Positions 45,089 through 48,468 of a stretch of DNA of 48,468 nt are shown here, piece after piece. The stretch spans positions 9,521,739 to 9,570,206 of the forward strand of contig NC_069004.1 of NCBI RefSeq assembly GCF_001194135.2, in the 5' to 3' direction. The stretch's first letter is position 1, and each line of letters opens with the position of its first letter. Source of the stretch: Octopus bimaculoides. Taxonomy: Eukaryota. The notes under the pieces are model-generated. The model was not told where the DNA came from. It saw nothing but the letters and a program-made list of their open reading frames with translations, and did not search any database. Made by a program: the position numbers and the translations under genes.

Positions 45089-47328
45089 TGCATGCATCAA
45101 ACACACACACACACACAATATGCAAGGTGCATAAGGTATTTGAGGACATATCTTTTTGTGTCATTGCTGCATTTTTTGCTAACTCTGTATAATCTTTGTT
45201 TCAGAAAATAATAGTAGGTGAGCATAGCGATTTAGAAATATTTCAAGTTTTAAAAGTTGCCAGATCTTTCATTGACAAAGTTTGTAAGGATCTAGAGACT
45301 AATGATGGAAACACATCACCAGTATCAAAGCATAAAAACCATTCTAAATGCTCTGAAATCATCAGAACACTTGATTTTATCCAGCAAGTTTAACAGACCA
45401 TTGATTACAATCCCAGAAAGTCCATGAGGTCAATTGCAAAAGATCTCCATGTATCAGAAATGTTGTCCACGAAGACATCAGATATAAGTCTTATGTGATG
45501 AGGAAAGGTCAATTTGTCAGAGAAAGCAAAAGAAAATCACTACATCAGATCTAAAATGCTCTTAAACAAACTGAAAAACCCAGCAGAAGAGGATTTGATT
45601 TGGTTTTTCTCAAACGAGAACAACTTTGACCAAGATCAAAAAGTTAACAGAAGAAATGACAGATGGTTATGAACAGACCCTTCTGAAGATGCAAGTGGTA
45701 TGCATACAAAATTTCCAGCAACTGCCATGGTTTTAAGGGATGTCAGCAATGAAGGACATGTGATGCCACCTTACTTATTTCCACAAGGCCTTAAAGTTAA
45801 CTCTGCCACCTACATTGAGGTCCTGGAAATAATTGTTACGCCCTGGATAGACAGTGTATGCAATGGAAGGCCATATGTGTTTCAGCAAAACTCTGCACTA
45901 TCACACACGGCTCTAATAATACAGGAATGGATGGCTGAAAATGTTCATGATCACACAACCCCTAACATTTGGCCTCCTAATTCCCCAGATCTCAATCCAC
46001 TGGACTATTACGTGTGAAGCATTGTTGAGAGAGAGGTCGATGAATACGACCATAACACCAAAAATTCTTTGAAAGCTGTCATAGTCAGAGTAATGTGCAA
46101 AATGAACCAGGACCACTTGATTCGAACATGTAGATGATTCAGATCTCATATAGAAGCAATTGTTGAAGCTGAAGGTGGCTTTATTGAATAACATTATAGA
46201 AAAAAAGGTTTATATTTATCCTCATAGCATTTTTTGATAAATAAAGTTATCTGTTATATATCTGTGTTTTTATAAACATAAATCTATCCTCAAATGTCTT
46301 ATGCACCCTGTATATATGTATGTGCGTGCATGTCTGTATCTCCTTGTCTTGATATTACATGATAGTTGTAAGTGAGTGTCCTATCATTACAAGCAGTATC
46401 CGTCGTTTCCAGTATTCTATGAAGCAATGTCTGGCCATAGAAAATCTGCCTTAGTAGAAACTCTATCCGACCTTTGTGAGCATGGAAAAGTGGATCTTAA
46501 GACAATGATGATAGGGTGTAAGTTAGAGAGATTTGACCTTCTATTTCTTGTAAACAAAATGATCAATTAGAGGCGACCTCAGCAATGTTTCTTTGCTCTG
46601 TATGTTTTGTAGAATTCTGAAGAGGATTTTAAGAACAATGGAGTCCAGTGGATCTCCATTTAAGAATCACTGATTTAACTATTCTAGCTTATTACTATTA
46701 TTCTTTTGTTTATTCATCTAAAATTTTACGGCTTCAGTTGGTCAGGACTCACCATATCATGTATTGGCACCATTGATGGACAAACTTGGGCAAGGTTTAT
46801 TTTATGGAAAACTAGTAATTGTACATGAATGCAAATTTCCTCTCTCCATACAGAAAGACAAGGCACAATCCAATAAAGATTGGCATCCGTTGTGTTGCAG
46901 AATTGTTATATCTCAACGCTACTGCTAGCACCTTCGGATGACCTCTATTCAACTGCTACACAACTGCTACTCGACTGCTACTCAACACTCCTACCACGGC
47001 CAGACTACCTCTATTTATATGTCTTGGGAGATCCTACTTCTTCGCTTGGGGGCGTCGACACAACAAGAATGTAAAGAACCAGAACAAATATTCTAAATCA
47101 TCATGTCCGACACACATACAGTTCTGCCAATCTAGTACCTTGAACTGGTACCTTGTTTTTGATTGCGGTATTTGAACGCATAGCACTATACATTCTATCT
47201 TTTTGCTGATGGCTCTGAAAATTTGAAATTATTTATTTATTTATCCATTTCCAGAGAGATGTTCTGAATCTTCTGTTAATAGTTTCTGCCATGAAATCTC
47301 CCAGAGAACACCACCAAAAATTAGCAAG
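29260..47328 (+). CDS. TTC38: Tetratricopeptide repeat protein 38, 3'-incomplete; join(29260..29286,31953..32030,32860..32941,33277..33448,34781..34954,36554..36629,37521..37640,38412..38471,39971..40009,41087..41159,42500..42665,42803..42959,47255..47328)
   Basis: 13 GT-AG exons, 1298 nt, open frame. Collinear with remembered TTC38 motifs WRD.QAW, EACKLFD, ADP.F.MGH, D.LALK, YV.G..AFGL.E.N.Y, HVYWHWA, S.LYRL..EG, GGSNAQRDV. Terminal exon not found in the window. Confidence 0.93.
29885..30367 (+). mobile_element. Mariner DD34D catalytic-domain fossil with 3' TIR
   Basis: IVH..FVP.GHTVN, HDDNA, HPRYLPDLVP..PKMKQQLKG; ends GGAACCTTTTAATATCACCTCATA. Confidence 0.8.
30985..31150 (+). mobile_element. 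Mariner (Hsmar1/cecropia-like) 3' end
   Basis: YATGINKLVSRWQKCIDSDGVYFD*; TIR AAAAACCGCAAGAACTTTCTTGACAACTTAATA. Confidence 0.85.
31953..32030 (+). CDS. TTC38: TTC38 exon 2 (AWKTFGIDLSSPSDEACKLFDINLNQ)
   Basis: 78 nt, AG/GT flanks. Confidence 0.95.
32184..32352 (+). repeat. About 170-bp (CTT/CCT)n pure pyrimidine tract; a shorter (CTT)n lies at 15455-15497
   Basis: Read directly from the sequence. Confidence 0.98.
32860..32941 (+). CDS. TTC38: TTC38 exon 3 (LVRFCNDEAFGGIATTTTKMFEADPDF)
   Basis: 82 nt, AG/GT flanks. Confidence 0.93.
33277..33448 (+). CDS. TTC38: TTC38 exon 4 (MGHVFQKGLAIL...EALHVDAIECGAKG)
   Basis: 172 nt, phase 1-2. Confidence 0.93.
34376..34627 (+). mobile_element. SINE family D; related copies at 22885-23015(-), 26438-26690(+), 31172-31505(+) and 40370-40505(-)
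   Basis: tRNA-like head, GTTGTGTTCTTGAGCAAAACACTT, GCGATGGACTGGC..CC..CCAG. Confidence 0.85.
34781..34954 (+). CDS. TTC38: TTC38 exon 5 (DLLGACKIWQDILVETPLDILALKLSQFANYFLG...WTPSVPNHG)
   Basis: 174 nt, phase 2-2. Confidence 0.95.
35268..35590 (-). mobile_element. Interspersed repeat family E with (ATG)n tail; other copies at 33762-33990 and, in the opposite orientation, 48290-48468
   Basis: Shared CATCATC-GTTTAACGTCCGC..CCATGCT.GCATGGGTTGGA..GGATGCCCTT. Confidence 0.8.
35828..36290 (+). mobile_element. Two SINE family B copies (35828-36058, 36130-36290) with different tails
   Basis: Family B consensus. Confidence 0.88.
36554..36629 (+). CDS. TTC38: TTC38 exon 6 (YVHGMMAFGLEENNMYEEAEKEAAQ)
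   Basis: 76 nt, AG/GT flanks. Confidence 0.95.
36669..36772 (+). repeat. Minisatellite with 16-bp unit AGTCTGTGAGTCTGTT (alternating 8-mers)
   Basis: About 6.5 copies, starting 40 nt after the TTC38 exon 6 donor. Confidence 0.95.
37081..37484 (-). mobile_element. SINE family A, full length
   Basis: Reverse complement of the consensus. Confidence 0.9.
37521..37640 (+). CDS. TTC38: TTC38 exon 7 (SLSINKTDIWASHAKGHVWEMQGEFEKGIDYFDKTEKDWS)
   Basis: 120 nt, phase 0-0. Confidence 0.95.
38412..38471 (+). CDS. TTC38: TTC38 exon 8 (SCDMLTYHVYWHWAVYHIER)
   Basis: 60 nt, AG/GT flanks. Confidence 0.95.
38517..38712 (-). mobile_element. SINE family B
   Basis: Family B consensus. Confidence 0.85.
38720..39075. 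mobile_element. Probable solo LTR, 356 bp
   Basis: TG...CA termini, TTGT on both flanks (38716-19, 39076-79), TATAAAAA at 38840, more GC-rich than its flanks. Confidence 0.45.
39095..39272 (+). mobile_element. SINE family B; another plus copy at 41600-41806
   Basis: Family B consensus. Confidence 0.85.
39971..40009 (+). CDS. TTC38: TTC38 exon 9 (GDYSSAMEIYKKG)
   Basis: 39 nt, TAG / GTAAGT flanks. Confidence 0.9.
40146..40304 (-). mobile_element. SINE family A, 5' half
   Basis: Reverse complement of the family A head. Confidence 0.85.
41087..41159 (+). CDS. TTC38: TTC38 exon 10 (FHPDVSGFLAIKDAASLLYRLGLEG)
   Basis: 73 nt; LYRL..EG motif. Confidence 0.9.
42500..42665 (+). CDS. TTC38: TTC38 exon 11 (IDCSKEWKAVFNLCHSHMEDHFFIFQDIHILMALL...)
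   Basis: 166 nt, phase 1-2. Confidence 0.93.
42803..42959 (+). CDS. TTC38: TTC38 exon 12 (PTSKYFQKIVKEVGKAVCEALVAYKEGDYADVVELLMPIQFQLREVGGSNAQ)
   Basis: 157 nt; GGSNAQ motif. Confidence 0.95.
43155..43548. mobile_element. Cluster of three SINE family A 3' fragments (+, -, +)
   Basis: 43155-43325 (+), 43361-43490 (-), 43494-43548 (+). Confidence 0.85.
43630..43805 (-). mobile_element. RTE-clade LINE reverse-transcriptase C-terminal fragment
   Basis: ETWTLYKCHVRVLEHFHQRCLRHILNVDW..LQVLRKADVLGIEVMV. Confidence 0.85.
45123..46310 (+). mobile_element. Full-length decayed Tc1/mariner element of the DD37D (maT/mori, Bmmar1-like) family, 1188 bp
   Basis: About 25-bp TIRs CA(A/G)GGTGCATAAG..ATTTGAGGA and 3' TA. 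The transposase has FSNENNFDQDQKVNRRNDRW, FQQNSA and WPPNSPDLNPLDY, with 37 residues between the second and third catalytic positions, plus stops and frameshifts. Confidence 0.9.
47255..47328 (+). CDS. TTC38: TTC38 exon 13 (RDVLNLLLIVSAMKSPREHHQKLAR)
   Basis: 74 nt, AG/GT flanks; continues NAQ|RDV. Confidence 0.92.
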
Positions 47329-47500
47329 GTAAATATTGTTCTAAATTACATTTGTGGTCACAGGTAGGTAAACAGACAGAGAGACAACTATATAGCTTGA
47401 AAATTATGTATGTAAGTATGTATGTATGTATGCATTTATGTATTTACAAGTGTGTGTAAATGTGTATATATGTATGTGAGTATGTTATACCCATATATAT

Positions 47501-47712
47501 ACTCTTTTTACTCTTTTACTTGTTTCAGTCATTTGACTGCGGCCATGCTGGAGCACCGCCTTTAGTCGAGAAAATCGACCCCAGGACTTATTCTTTGTAA
47601 GCCTAGTACTTATTCTATCGGTCTCTTTTTGCCGAACCGCTAAGTTACGGGGACGTAAACACACCAGCATCGGTTGTCAAGCGATGGTGGAGGAACAAAC
47701 ACAGACACACAA

Positions 47713-47746
<34 letters not shown>

Positions 47747-47916
47747 ATATATACGACAGGCTTCTTTCAGTTTCCGTCTACCAAATCCACTCACAAGGCT
47801 TTGGTTGGCCCGAGACTATAGTGGAAGACACTTGCCCAAGGTGCCACGTAGTGGGATTGAACCCGGAACCATATGGTTTGTAAGCAAGCTACTTACCACA
47901 CAGCCACTCCTATGCC
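47501..47916 (-). mobile_element. SINE family A, full length
   Basis: Reverse complement of the consensus. Confidence 0.9.
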
Positions 47917-48468
47917 TATTCGTATATTTACATATATATATATATATATAAGAATGCCTATATTGATATACATGTATACATTTTTTACAATACTGCATGC
48001 TATAAAGATTAATGTACCCATTCTATTGACAAATATATGAGTGCCTGTTTTTCCTGACTAATTGTTTCTTACTTTCCTTTTCTTTATTACCATTTCACTT
48101 TTTGCATCAACCTTCTTCGTACTTTTTCTTCTCGTTTTGGCACAGCCCAGTGTCCTGGTTTTTAAGTATACCTACTGTATGAACTGAACCTGAAAGATTG
48201 CTTGGAGATATATGATGTCTTTTATAAATCTGCCAATTTAAAGTATTGTGAAGCATGAAACTATTAGTAGCTCTTTTGTAGTTTTATATATTAAATTGAG
48301 AGTGGCTACACTCTCAGAGTGGTTGGTGTTAGGAAGGGCATCCAGCTGTAGAAACTCTACCAAATCAGATTGGAGCCTGGTGTAGCCATCCGGTTTCACC
48401 AGTCCTCAGTCAAATCGTCCAACCCATGCTAGCATGGAAAGCGGACGTTAAACGATGATGATCATGAT

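Noticed and set aside
46700-47070. Possible second LTR-like block with CTACTC(G/A)AC repeats and a minus-strand TATAAATA
   Set aside because: No convincing TG...CA termini or TSD were found; left unclassified.
47329-48468. TTC38 terminal exon
   Set aside because: No acceptor followed by a phase-2 SLL.ER-like sequence was found; it is presumably beyond the window.
1-48468. CRISPR arrays, rRNA genes or prokaryotic defence systems
   Set aside because: There is no repeat-spacer periodicity or operon-like coding density; recurring motifs are dispersed eukaryotic SINEs.

Overview
This is AT-rich, microsatellite-laden eukaryotic DNA with several N gaps. The SINE repertoire and intron style suggest an octopus (coleoid cephalopod) genome; that is an inference. 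Two divergently oriented spliced genes can be rebuilt by hand with consistent splice phases and no internal stops. (1) A complete SLC17 (sialin-like) MFS anion transporter lies on the minus strand: 11 coding exons, 12988..3831, 471 aa, with one GC-AG intron. (2) TTC38 lies on the plus strand: 13 exons, 29260..47328, with the last exon outside the window. The rest is tRNA-derived SINE families, Tc1/mariner fossils (including a TIR-to-TIR DD37D maT element), MITEs, R4/NeSL/RTE LINE fragments and a probable solo LTR. The most striking unexplained structure is a 200-bp near-perfect palindrome at 25917-26116. Each arm carries a minimal type-I hammerhead ribozyme motif of the Penelope-like-element kind, damaged at different core positions, so the two arms together reconstruct a canonical core. 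Nearly all ORF-track entries are microsatellite or gap artefacts. All alignments were done by eye against remembered consensus sequences; no searches were run.
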